A stretch of DNA of 64,000 bases from a virus (Duplodnaviria > Caudoviricetes). The notes under the pieces were generated by a model. It ran no database searches. It was given only the letters and a program-made list of their open reading frames with translations, and was not told the origin of the DNA. Both the position numbers and the translations under genes were made by a program. Positions 20,845-30,345 of this stretch are shown here, piece by piece. Position 1 is the stretch's first letter. The number at the start of each line of letters is the position of its first letter. Location: the IMG/VR virus record IMGVR_UViG_3300042539_001740; one strand, written 5' to 3'.

Positions 20845-21741
20845 TTATTGTTTTATTAAATAATTATATTTTTCTTTGATTAAATCTAACATTTCTGTAG
20901 GATATTGTGTCAAACTAGTTTCTTTCATTTTAGAAAAAAAGAACTCCTGAAATGGTTCAGAATACCCAAACCTATTGTAAACATCAACACCATTTTTGAT
21001 TTTTGTAGCAACATTGTTGAGGTAAAAATCATTATTAAATTCTTGATGTGCGTAGTTCTGAATTTTTGTTTTTACCCTTTCCACTCCACCCATAAAACTC
21101 AAGTGCCAACCACCATCGAATATCTTTTCAAAATTGACTCTTTTGTTCTTAAGATGGGTTAATGATACTTCTTTAGTGTCAGAAAATTTTACTATATAGT
21201 TTCCATACCAATTAGTATGAGCTAAAAGATTTATATAATAATAAAAACAATCTTGCATTAAACAATGATTGTATAAGTTATTTTCTCGTATTTTTTTAAC
21301 AATTTCAGGTTTTGGTATCTCATCTAAGTCTGAAATCATAATTAAGTCGTCATCCTCACAATCCATAAGACCAAACTTAATAAATTCTTTTTGGAGATAA
21401 TCTCGACAGAATGTTGGGTGTTTCTTCAATTCTCCTTCATTTTCTTCGATATCGTATCTTTCGGAAATTTTATTATACGTAAGTGTATATTTATCATTTC
21501 CTATCTTTGTTCCCATATTTAAAATGTCTTCAGGAAAATTATGTTTAATATGTATGATTTTGTCAGAAAATTTGTCAAACATACTTTTGTTTTCTTCAAA
21601 AAATAGTTTTTTGGGATTGTTAGCATGAGATTTAGTTGTTTCACTAATCACAAAATAATCAACAACATCGTACAAAAGTGTCAATCTAATTTCTAATAAA
21701 TCTAATTCATTGTAAAACTGAAAGCAATCGTATAATTTCAT
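20845..21741 (-). CDS. GT17-like glycosyltransferase (beta-1,4-GlcNAc-transferase III-like)
   Basis: YDCFQFYNELDLLEIRL, ISDLDEIP, GGWHLSFMGG...KIQNYAHQE. Confidence 0.8.
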   Translation of the reverse strand: MKLYDCFQFYNELDLLEIRLTLLYDVVDYFVISETTKSHANNPKKLFFEENKSMFDKFSDKIIHIKHNFPEDILNMGTKIGNDKYTLTYNKISERYDIEENEGELKKHPTFCRDYLQKEFIKFGLMDCEDDDLIMISDLDEIPKPEIVKKIRENNLYNHCLMQDCFYYYINLLAHTNWYGNYIVKFSDTKEVSLTHLKNKRVNFEKIFDGGWHLSFMGGVERVKTKIQNYAHQEFNNDFYLNNVATKIKNGVDVYNRFGYSEPFQEFFFSKMKETSLTQYPTEMLDLIKEKYNYLIKQ

Positions 21742-22670
21742 TATAATAAGTTGTTTTCTTTATAAAAGTTTATTGCGTTATTTTTACATTCCTCATAATT
21801 GACCAAATCACCTTCCCTATTCATATAAGAAAAAAACTTAGAATACGAATCACCTAAAGACCAGTAACCATTACTTACATTATGTTTTGCCCAATAAATT
21901 GGTGCTATAGTTAACTTGGACTTAGTATTTAACCAAGCCGCCCACCAACTAAAACTAGAATTAGCGATTATCAAATATTTACTATTGTTTACCAAATAAA
22001 AGTCAAAACCAATATCAAAATGGTAACAAGGAAAATTACCTACGAACCCTTTTGCATAATTGGGGTCATCACTTACAATTATGAATTTCATATTTGGGTT
22101 TATTGTCAACATTTGATTAATTGAATCAGTCCAGTATTTTTTATTTGGTATTAAATTCATCACATTTTTATATTCCCCACCTCTAAAATTAATCACACAT
22201 AAATTATCATCAAGTACAATACCTAATTCTTTAAGTTTTTCGGTGTATGAATTTTCGTATTCATTTTTAAATTTGAACCAACTAATTACATCATTTCTTC
22301 TTTCTAAAAGATAATCTTCGGATTGACTAATAAGATGAACCATAGTATTATCACTAACATTCCATACATTTTCATCGTACATATTAATTAAACAACTATC
22401 ACCATTATAGATATGTTCTTTGTGAAAGTCATAATACTCATTCGGAATTCCTTGATACTTGTTTAGACCTCTTTCGTTTTTTCCATCAACAAAAACTTCT
22501 TTACCAAAATTAACATCTAAAAAGTAAAATTGATTCATACCATTGTAATAGTCGTGTGTTGGTTTCGGATTGACTCCCCATTCGTAGTTATTTTTTTCGG
22601 CAACTAAACGACATATGGTATAATACCACATATGATTTCCAAAATTTCCAGTCAAGTTTGTTGTTATCAT
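21741..22670 (-). CDS. GT11-like glycosyltransferase (divergent)
   Basis: GNFGNHMW, NFRGGE (variant of HxRxGD), NSSFSWWAAWL. Confidence 0.75.
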   Translation of the reverse strand: MITTNLTGNFGNHMWYYTICRLVAEKNNYEWGVNPKPTHDYYNGMNQFYFLDVNFGKEVFVDGKNERGLNKYQGIPNEYYDFHKEHIYNGDSCLINMYDENVWNVSDNTMVHLISQSEDYLLERRNDVISWFKFKNEYENSYTEKLKELGIVLDDNLCVINFRGGEYKNVMNLIPNKKYWTDSINQMLTINPNMKFIIVSDDPNYAKGFVGNFPCYHFDIGFDFYLVNNSKYLIIANSSFSWWAAWLNTKSKLTIAPIYWAKHNVSNGYWSLGDSYSKFFSYMNREGDLVNYEECKNNAINFYKENNLL

Positions 22671-22708
22671 TAACCTATTTTATATATTTTTTTATTTTTG
22701 TTATTTTA

Positions 22709-23380
22709 TTAAAGTATGGTTTCGAAATTTTTGTTGAAGATATAACACTCTAACCTTTCAATTATCCAAGGACTATTTTCATTTTCTAAAAGAAACTCAA
22801 CAATTTTTTTATAGAATTCTTTACTCCTAACCCAAGCTTGTTCTTTTGTTATTACAAAATGTCCTCCTGGTATAAATTCGTATTGGTTTGGGGGTGTGTG
22901 TACATCTGAAAATAAAATTGACCAGTATTGGTTTACATTAATATTTGAACTTAAATCTTGGGGAAAACCATTAGATTGACAAGATAAAACAAATCCACCA
23001 CCAAATTGATTTGATGGATTCATTTTCCATGCCGTGCCGATATTGTTATTATGAAATCCAAAATACCCATCAATAATTAATGAAGCATTGTTATCTATTT
23101 CACTAATATCGGAATTCAAAACCTCTAATAAGTTACCCCAATGGTCAAATGGAAAATCTTGGACAAAAAAAGTATAATCCGACAAGTTTTCATAGTTCAA
23201 GTAAATGTGGTTAAAAAAAGTATGTACACATCTTCCTCTGTTTGGATTCAAACTGATTTCGTTTTTTTGAATCGGAACAACATTTCCTTTTCTATAAATC
23301 GTAATTTTTATTTCAGGACTAATTTCTTTAATCCAATCCAATGGTTTATCATATGCTGAAATAACTATCTCTTTTACCAT
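22709..23380 (-). CDS. DUF3431-like protein
   Basis: IVISAY, N.GR..H...HI..NY..L....F.Q..PFDH, GHFVIT, ERL. Confidence 0.6.
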   Translation of the reverse strand: MVKEIVISAYDKPLDWIKEISPEIKITIYRKGNVVPIQKNEISLNPNRGRCVHTFFNHIYLNYENLSDYTFFVQDFPFDHWGNLLEVLNSDISEIDNNASLIIDGYFGFHNNNIGTAWKMNPSNQFGGGFVLSCQSNGFPQDLSSNINVNQYWSILFSDVHTPPNQYEFIPGGHFVITKEQAWVRSKEFYKKIVEFLLENENSPWIIERLECYIFNKNFETIL

Positions 23381-23382
23381 TT

Positions 23383-24042
23383 TTAAAACTTGATATATTT
23401 GCTATTAGTACCTGAATAGTTATGAAAAACAAAAGGATTAATACTCACATTTTCGGGTAAATCTGTTTCTCTAGAAAAATATTTAGCAACATCAATATCA
23501 GCAAACCTACAACCTTCTTCCAAATATTTGTGTCGATAGTTTACACAAATAAAACCATCCTCATTTGTAAAACCATAAAAAGGTTTCCATTCTAAATTAA
23601 GTTTTATGGGTATATCTAATAGTTTTTTACTTCTTAAAGAGACACTATTTCCTTGTCTAATGATGTTTCCATTTATATCTCTGTATGAAAAATTATCTTT
23701 AGGTAATGGCCAAGGGGCACCAATATAATCATAATCCAAAAATTCATTCCTCCAAGATTCTGGATGTACAACAAAACCATTGTCGTGTATGAGTAGTGCA
23801 AATTCAGTATCAATGTGTTTAGTCAAATTATAAATAATATTGTAGTTCCATTCATCAATATTGGAACTTTTTTCTGTGTATTCGTGAATTATAAAGTCAG
23901 GTAAGTTATCAGGTTTTATATCTGAAGCTATTTTAACTTTACCAAAATTAATACCTTTACAACTATACTCTAAAGCTTTTATTGTTTGTGGTAAACGGAC
24001 ACTAGTTAGTGCAATTAAAGTAATGTTAGGTAAATCAATCAT
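23383..24042 (-). CDS. DUF5672-like putative glycosyltransferase
   Basis: ALLIHDNGF, YDYIGAPW, GNSVSLRSKKL, NED. Confidence 0.65.
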   Translation of the reverse strand: MIDLPNITLIALTSVRLPQTIKALEYSCKGINFGKVKIASDIKPDNLPDFIIHEYTEKSSNIDEWNYNIIYNLTKHIDTEFALLIHDNGFVVHPESWRNEFLDYDYIGAPWPLPKDNFSYRDINGNIIRQGNSVSLRSKKLLDIPIKLNLEWKPFYGFTNEDGFICVNYRHKYLEEGCRFADIDVAKYFSRETDLPENVSINPFVFHNYSGTNSKYIKF

Positions 24043-25405
24043 ATCTTTCTTTTAACATTTTAAATTCATTATCTTTTAAACTTTGAGGTGTAGTATCTGT
24101 TAATCTATTACCCCATGTTCTATTGACAACTGTGATTTCGTTCAAAATTTTAGGAACACCATATTTTAAAAACATTTTTTGATAATAATCACAATCCATT
24201 AACCAATTTAATCCCTCATCAAAAAAAATCAAGTTTTCATTTTTTAACGTTAATCCACTAGGACAACCCATAGTATTATTACCTGTCCATATCCTATCGT
24301 TCCAAATTGGATGGTATAATCTATAAAATGCTACGCCATCATTACTGTGGTAGAATTTTGTCATTAACCATTTTAAATCATCACCTGAGGTCGTAATAAA
24401 ATTATGTTGAATTTTTAGTGATTTTTCATCATACAAAAAATCATCTTGGAATAAGATTTTAATCCATTTACCTTCACACAAAGTCATTGCATTATTGATA
24501 TTTGGTGATATTATACCTCTACCATTTTCATTTTTTTGATATTTCAAAGTTAATTTATTTTTCCACTTGTTTACAACGTTTAGTATAGTATCGTCAGTAC
24601 TATGGTCGGATATAATAACCTCGAAGTCCTTGAATGTTTGATTATGGATAATTTTTAAACTAAATTCTAAAAATTCAGAACCTCTACCATTATATCCATA
24701 GGTGGGAATTGCAATTGAAAAAAAGGGTTTGTTTTCAAGTTTCATTATGTTCATCGTTGTATTTTTAGGTACATAATCAGGAGAACTGATAGGAATTACA
24801 TTTTTAGTTTGTTGTGCTAAATCAAACATAGATTTAGTTTCAGTTCCAACATTATAAACTCCATTTTTTCTTTCGTATATTAATTGTATAATAATTTGAC
24901 CAATTTTATCAACATAATCGAAATTACCAACTTGGTCAATCCAAGCTTTTTCATATGGAAATGGTTTTGGTTTATGTGTGCATCTTATTAACAAATAATC
25001 GTTTGATATTAATTGGACCAAACCATCACCTAATAATTTTGTATAACCATACCAGTTCCTACAATGAACAGGAACATCTTCTTCACTTGCGTTTTCAATT
25101 GAAAATGTATAAACATAATCAGAAGAAATATGAATTAGTTTTATTTGATTAGTATTACAAAACTCTATTAAATTTTTCAAAAAAACACAATTAGTTTCCC
25201 AATGTGGTTCTCGGTTGTCTAAATAAGTGTTCGTGTTGGCAACACAATTAATAATTGTGTTATATTTTTTTGGTGGGATTGTATGGGTAAAGGTATTAAT
25301 AGAAAAATTTTTTCTTTTTCTTGATATACAATCCCAATTAGTTTGTTTTTCTAATTCAGACCCCAACAATCCATCTCCTAATATTAAAACTTTTAGTTCG
25401 TCCAC
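24035..25405 (-). CDS. Fusion: RmlD-like NDP-4-keto-sugar reductase plus GT2 glycosyltransferase
   Basis: GDGLLGSEL, ISSDYV, YGYTK; then FSIAIPTY, IISDHS, ILFQDD. Confidence 0.8.
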   Translation of the reverse strand: MDELKVLILGDGLLGSELEKQTNWDCISRKRKNFSINTFTHTIPPKKYNTIINCVANTNTYLDNREPHWETNCVFLKNLIEFCNTNQIKLIHISSDYVYTFSIENASEEDVPVHCRNWYGYTKLLGDGLVQLISNDYLLIRCTHKPKPFPYEKAWIDQVGNFDYVDKIGQIIIQLIYERKNGVYNVGTETKSMFDLAQQTKNVIPISSPDYVPKNTTMNIMKLENKPFFSIAIPTYGYNGRGSEFLEFSLKIIHNQTFKDFEVIISDHSTDDTILNVVNKWKNKLTLKYQKNENGRGIISPNINNAMTLCEGKWIKILFQDDFLYDEKSLKIQHNFITTSGDDLKWLMTKFYHSNDGVAFYRLYHPIWNDRIWTGNNTMGCPSGLTLKNENLIFFDEGLNWLMDCDYYQKMFLKYGVPKILNEITVVNRTWGNRLTDTTPQSLKDNEFKMLKERYD

Positions 25406-26691
25406 TTTTCCGCAAATACTTTTTTAACATAATCAAACACTTTATCATCATAGTGTGGTGCAGCACCCAAGAAAAAAACTTTATCTAATACTGTATTAGC
25501 TAAAGGATATTTGTCTAAAGAATCTAAGTGTGAATATCCTGGATGTAATAGAATGTTTCCCGCAAAGTAATTTCTAGTTTGTATTTTATTTTCCTCCAAG
25601 AATGAAACTAATTTATCTTTAATAATTTTTGAGTTGCAAACTAGTGGTGTTCCAAACCAACATGTATCAGCTTTATCTAATTGGATAACCCCTTTTACAC
25701 CATCAACATATTTTGTAATGATGTCTTCCATTTTTTTCTTATTTGATTTTCTTCTACTATCTATCTCGTCAAATTTTTCTAATTGTACTATTCCTATTGC
25801 ACCTTGTAAGTCCATAGGTTTCAAGTTATATCCCATTGTTGTAAAAACATATTTATGGTCAATAATACCATCATAGGATTCTAACCAATTATCAAATCTT
25901 TTACCACAAGTACCACAAGAGAGTAAATTAGCCGAACCAACACAATAACAATCTCGTCCCCACCACGAAAAAGAAACAAATAGTTTTTTTATATCAGGGT
26001 TATTTGTACAAACCATTCCACCCTCACCAGTAGAAATATGATGTGCAGGATAAAATGAAGTTGACCAAGCAACATAATAATCACTTAAATCTTTTCCATC
26101 CCATTTAGACCCCAAACTATCACAACTATCACCAATTAATTGTATATTATGTTTTTTACATAGTTCAGATAAAAAATCCATATTCGGAGGATTACCTAGA
26201 ACTGGTGAAACAAAAATACCTTTAGTTTTCTCAGTAATTTTACTTTCAATTTGAGTCAAGTCAAAATTTAGGGTATCATATTCAATATCAACAAATACTG
26301 GAACTAAATTATTTTGAACAATTGTTGAAATGGTTGTTGGAAACCCAACAGGAGAAACGATTATTTCATCTCCATCATTCCAGCCAAAATATTTTTTAAG
26401 TGCGGCAATTAAAACTAAATTAGCAGAACTACCAGAGTTGACCATATGAGCAAACTTAACTCCAAATTTTCTACTAAAATAGTATTCGAATTTACTAACG
26501 TTTTCGCCTGTCACAACCCACTTACCAAAAATTAAAGATTTTATTGCTGCCATAATTTCTTTTTCGTCCCAATATGGTCCAGAATATAATACTTGGTCTC
26601 TACCTGCTTCAAATTTCTGATTATATAAGTATTTTGGTTTATTATCCTTCAAGTACTCTGATAAATTGTCTACTAAATTTTGAATTTCCAT
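25393..26691 (-). CDS. rfbH: CDP-4-keto-6-deoxyglucose 3-dehydrase (E1, RfbH/DdhC)
   Basis: VNSGSSANL, SFYPAHHISTGEGG (His in place of the PLP Lys), WGRDCYC...CGTCGKRF, RNYFAGN. Confidence 0.88.
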   Translation of the reverse strand: MEIQNLVDNLSEYLKDNKPKYLYNQKFEAGRDQVLYSGPYWDEKEIMAAIKSLIFGKWVVTGENVSKFEYYFSRKFGVKFAHMVNSGSSANLVLIAALKKYFGWNDGDEIIVSPVGFPTTISTIVQNNLVPVFVDIEYDTLNFDLTQIESKITEKTKGIFVSPVLGNPPNMDFLSELCKKHNIQLIGDSCDSLGSKWDGKDLSDYYVAWSTSFYPAHHISTGEGGMVCTNNPDIKKLFVSFSWWGRDCYCVGSANLLSCGTCGKRFDNWLESYDGIIDHKYVFTTMGYNLKPMDLQGAIGIVQLEKFDEIDSRRKSNKKKMEDIITKYVDGVKGVIQLDKADTCWFGTPLVCNSKIIKDKLVSFLEENKIQTRNYFAGNILLHPGYSHLDSLDKYPLANTVLDKVFFLGAAPHYDDKVFDYVKKVFAEKWTN

Positions 26692-26710
26692 TTTTTTTTA
26701 TTTTTAATTT

Positions 26711-27487
26711 TTAAATTTTGAACCATGTTGTTGGGATTAAATTTTCGGTTTCTTTTGGTCCTTTTATCCCGAACCATTTTTTTGGTGTTATTATTTTTTT
26801 ATTTGGATTTTTATTTAGGTATGCCCCCCACCAACTAAAACTACTATTCGAAATTATTATGTTATCTACAAGAGTCATTAGGGTCAAGTCCACAATTTCA
26901 TTACTACCACTATAATAAAAAAAGTTTTCACCTATGAACTCATTTTTTACCCAATTGATGTCATCGGATATAAAAATATAACAACATTTACCTAAAATAT
27001 CAATCCCCTCATAATAATATTCGTTTGAACAAGGTGGGTGAAATTCAGAATTCAAAAGATAATCCCCACGTCTGACATGTATAACACTTGTAGGTAAATT
27101 ATTGGAGTTTATTTCATTTATGAAGTTTGTAAGTTCATTTATAATATCTTCATTAAAATCAAATAAATTTATAATTTCATTTTTAAAATCCTCAAAATAT
27201 TTCTCACTCTGAAAATATCCATTTAGAAGAATATTATTATGATATTCGATTTCAGTATAACTGAATTTTGGTTCATAATAAATTTTGGAGGGGGTAAAAT
27301 TATTTATATTGGTAACTTTTTTGAATAAAGTGTTTTGATACTTCGTAGATTTGAACCCTTGTAAAGGTGTGAAACATTTATCAAAATCAAAAACTGCTTT
27401 ATCATTATTTCTTAAAGCTAACGCATATGCTGCAGCTATTTGAAACATTTGATTTCCTAACCCACCTTGTAAAAAACTTGAAACCAT
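26711..27487 (-). CDS. Alpha-1,2-fucosyltransferase-like (GT11)
   Basis: GGLGNQMFQ, GYFQSEKYF, HVRRGDY, NSSFSWWGAYL. Confidence 0.9.
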   Translation of the reverse strand: MVSSFLQGGLGNQMFQIAAAYALALRNNDKAVFDFDKCFTPLQGFKSTKYQNTLFKKVTNINNFTPSKIYYEPKFSYTEIEYHNNILLNGYFQSEKYFEDFKNEIINLFDFNEDIINELTNFINEINSNNLPTSVIHVRRGDYLLNSEFHPPCSNEYYYEGIDILGKCCYIFISDDINWVKNEFIGENFFYYSGSNEIVDLTLMTLVDNIIISNSSFSWWGAYLNKNPNKKIITPKKWFGIKGPKETENLIPTTWFKI

Positions 27488-27488
27488 A

Positions 27489-28148
27489 TTAATTAGTTTT
27501 ACTTACTTGTTTATCATGAATTCTATAAAATAGCAAAGGTTCTTTTATAATATGTAATTTAGCACCATTTCTGTAACTTCTAATCCAAAGATTTTTATCT
27601 TCTCTTGGTATTTCTTGAGGTATATAAGGACCGAATTCTAACCAAAACTTTTTGGTATATGCAACACAAGGGTGAGCTAATGGTGTGATATCCATATTAA
27701 ATAAAGTTTCTAAATCGTGATTTCCTAAACCAACTGGGGCACTAAAACTATAAATCCCATTTGTTTCTTTTGTAAAAACATATTCTGAGGAAACTATATC
27801 AATATCTCCATTTAAAATGTCAATTTGTTGTTGAAATCTATTTAGAGTATAAAAATCATCTAAATTTATATTAAAACAAATATCATAGTTTTCTTCTTTG
27901 AACACTAAGTCAAGAAGAAAATTCATTGCTTCGGCATGATTGTTCATCTTAACTTTGAAAAAAAAATGTTTTTTATTGATAGTAAATATTTCTTTCAAAT
28001 TTGAACTATCGTCACCATAATTCAATTCAAAAATATCAAAATTAGTATAAGTTTGGTTTAAAATTGTATCTAAACACTTTTGAATCCACTCTTTTTTGTA
28101 GATTGAAAATATATTTGAGTGATATAAAATACAACAAGTTTTCATCAT
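27489..28148 (-). CDS. GT2-like glycosyltransferase
   Basis: CLDTILNQT, NLDD, RFQQQ, HPCV, ED..LW, YRIH. Confidence 0.7.
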   Translation of the reverse strand: MMKTCCILYHSNIFSIYKKEWIQKCLDTILNQTYTNFDIFELNYGDDSSNLKEIFTINKKHFFFKVKMNNHAEAMNFLLDLVFKEENYDICFNINLDDFYTLNRFQQQIDILNGDIDIVSSEYVFTKETNGIYSFSAPVGLGNHDLETLFNMDITPLAHPCVAYTKKFWLEFGPYIPQEIPREDKNLWIRSYRNGAKLHIIKEPLLFYRIHDKQVSKTN

Positions 28149-30046
28149 TTTGATAGAGGTTTATTCATAATATAATCGTATAATTTTCTTTCGTCATTTT
28201 TGATGTTTTGAATCATACTTGGTCTAATGTGTCTATAGTTAAATAATGGTAGAGGTATTCTAACTCCCTTATACCCATTATTTCCTATTCTCCACCAAAA
28301 ATCATAATCCTCCCACCCTTTCATAGATTCATCATAACCTAACACATCGTCCCAAGCTTTTTTTCTGAACAAAGAACAACTTACAATAAAAGGCCCTCTT
28401 TTTAATCTACTCAATGACCATTCAGGTCTTTTTTCCATACCTTGTATAAAACCAATATGATTTGTATCACAATATATTGGACTCAAATTCTCATTCTTCT
28501 CAGCTTCATAAATTGCAAATAACAAATAGTTTTTATCAAATGTATCATCAACATCGTGTGGTAATATATAATATCCTTGTGAGGATTTAATAGCTGTATT
28601 TCTTGCTGCAGAAAGTCCTTTATTTCTTTCGTGATGTAAAACTTTAATATCACTATCTAAATTATTTAATATTTCCAAAGTTTTTGTATCACTCGACCCA
28701 TCATTAATAACGATAATTTCTTTATTTGAGTATGTTAAATCTTTAGCCGATTTTATTGCCTCAGGTAAATATTGACCATCGTTAAAACAAGGGATAATGA
28801 TACTAACTAGAGGACCTAAATTTTTAACGTATTTTTCTGTTAAAAATTTCAAACTCTTTTGATAGTTCTCTTGTTTAAATTGTTCAGAAACTTGTTGGGT
28901 TATATTGTTTTTATATTTTTCAATTATGTTATCTATGTTATTCAAATTACGAAACCAGTTCAAGTCAAATAAAAAACTATCATTACCAATCGACTCAAAA
29001 TTTTCAATTGGTGTTGTTGGGTAACACTTTTGAATAAAATCAGTTAATTCATCATCGAAAAGTTGAATTACATCAAAATCAATTTCTTTTATTTTATACA
29101 ACTGATTTATTTGTGTTGGTTGAAGACCATTTGGTGTGTTAATTTGCCATTTACCATCACCTAATTTATAACCGAAAGGTTCATTTATGGAACTTAAATT
29201 TATTCCTTCTCTTTTAGCTAAACTTGTTATTCTATTTCCCAAATTTGAACATATGTACAAATGATGACCTTTGTTTTTAAGTGACTTCACAAATTCGAAA
29301 ATGAATTTTTCTTTATTTGATTCCCCATTAAAATTAGTGGTTGAAATTAATATTTTTAATTTCTCGTTGGGGTGTATTTTTCTATTTAAGAATACAGGTA
29401 AATTATCTTCATATTTTGATGTGAATTTAATTCTGTTTTCCTCCCATTTAGAATTAGTCATCCCAATCGACTTATGATTAATTCTAATCTCTGTTGTTAC
29501 ACCTATTTTAACACCCGACAAGTAGTTATCAAAACAAAAAGATACATCATAAAAATGAAATCCTTGAAACTCTTCATTGAATGTTTTTTTTATTCTATTT
29601 TTGTCAATAGCAAAAAACAATCCATCAACAACAACAACTTCCTCTAAATTACTCCCCAAATCTTGTGAATATGATGATAACCAAGTTTTACCATTATGTG
29701 TATGTGCTACTTTTCCATACATTTTTTTCATATCTTCCCACCATCTACCCGATGTGGACAAAAACTTTGTACCCGCAACACCAACTACTCCATAATCTAA
29801 ATTTCTATCAAAAATTTTGAGTAGTTTGTTACCCCATTGATTAGTTTCAATAGTCAAATCATCATGACAGAAAACAACTATACTATTTGAGGCTTGTGAT
29901 AAACCTCTATTATATGCCGAGGTTAGAGATTCACCATTATTAACGATTTCAATAACTTCCAACTTGTTATGTAAACCAGAAGTTTTAATTAAATGTTTTT
30001 TATGTTCTTCATTTGAAGTTCTTGTACAATATATTATAGTAATCAT
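28145..30046 (-). CDS. Multi-domain glycosyltransferase (GT-A N-terminal domain plus C-terminal GT2)
   Basis: VFCHDD, VVDGLF, HFYD; LVSIIIPCFN, INDGSSD, GLSAARN, GWEDYDFW. Confidence 0.8.
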   Translation of the reverse strand: MITIIYCTRTSNEEHKKHLIKTSGLHNKLEVIEIVNNGESLTSAYNRGLSQASNSIVVFCHDDLTIETNQWGNKLLKIFDRNLDYGVVGVAGTKFLSTSGRWWEDMKKMYGKVAHTHNGKTWLSSYSQDLGSNLEEVVVVDGLFFAIDKNRIKKTFNEEFQGFHFYDVSFCFDNYLSGVKIGVTTEIRINHKSIGMTNSKWEENRIKFTSKYEDNLPVFLNRKIHPNEKLKILISTTNFNGESNKEKFIFEFVKSLKNKGHHLYICSNLGNRITSLAKREGINLSSINEPFGYKLGDGKWQINTPNGLQPTQINQLYKIKEIDFDVIQLFDDELTDFIQKCYPTTPIENFESIGNDSFLFDLNWFRNLNNIDNIIEKYKNNITQQVSEQFKQENYQKSLKFLTEKYVKNLGPLVSIIIPCFNDGQYLPEAIKSAKDLTYSNKEIIVINDGSSDTKTLEILNNLDSDIKVLHHERNKGLSAARNTAIKSSQGYYILPHDVDDTFDKNYLLFAIYEAEKNENLSPIYCDTNHIGFIQGMEKRPEWSLSRLKRGPFIVSCSLFRKKAWDDVLGYDESMKGWEDYDFWWRIGNNGYKGVRIPLPLFNYRHIRPSMIQNIKNDERKLYDYIMNKPLSK

Positions 30047-30345
30047 ATTCCTGTTGAGCCAAATCCGTTATCACCTCTGTCTTTTTGACCTAAATCTTTC
30101 TTTAGTTCCAAATCAACATATTTTCCGTTTATTACTGGACATAAAACTGCTTGTGCAATTTTCATTCCTTTTTTTATTGTTACTTGGTCTGAATTCGTAT
30201 TAAAAATTATAACTTTTACTTCACCCAAATAACCGCAATTATGTATCAAATGACTATTACAAAAGAAGTTATGATTATTACTTACTGTTATATCATAAGT
30301 TTGTTTTTTTTCTGATGTTATTTTTTTAATCTTCGTTGTTTTCAT
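30043..30345 (-). CDS. dut: Split dUTPase, C-terminal part: IntC (36 aa, ends HN) plus C-extein starting at Cys
   Basis: TYDITVSNNHNFFCNSHLIHN/CGYLGEV...IAQ...RGDNGFGSTG (dUTPase motifs 3-5). Confidence 0.9.
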   Translation of the reverse strand: MKTTKIKKITSEKKQTYDITVSNNHNFFCNSHLIHNCGYLGEVKVIIFNTNSDQVTIKKGMKIAQAVLCPVINGKYVDLELKKDLGQKDRGDNGFGSTGI

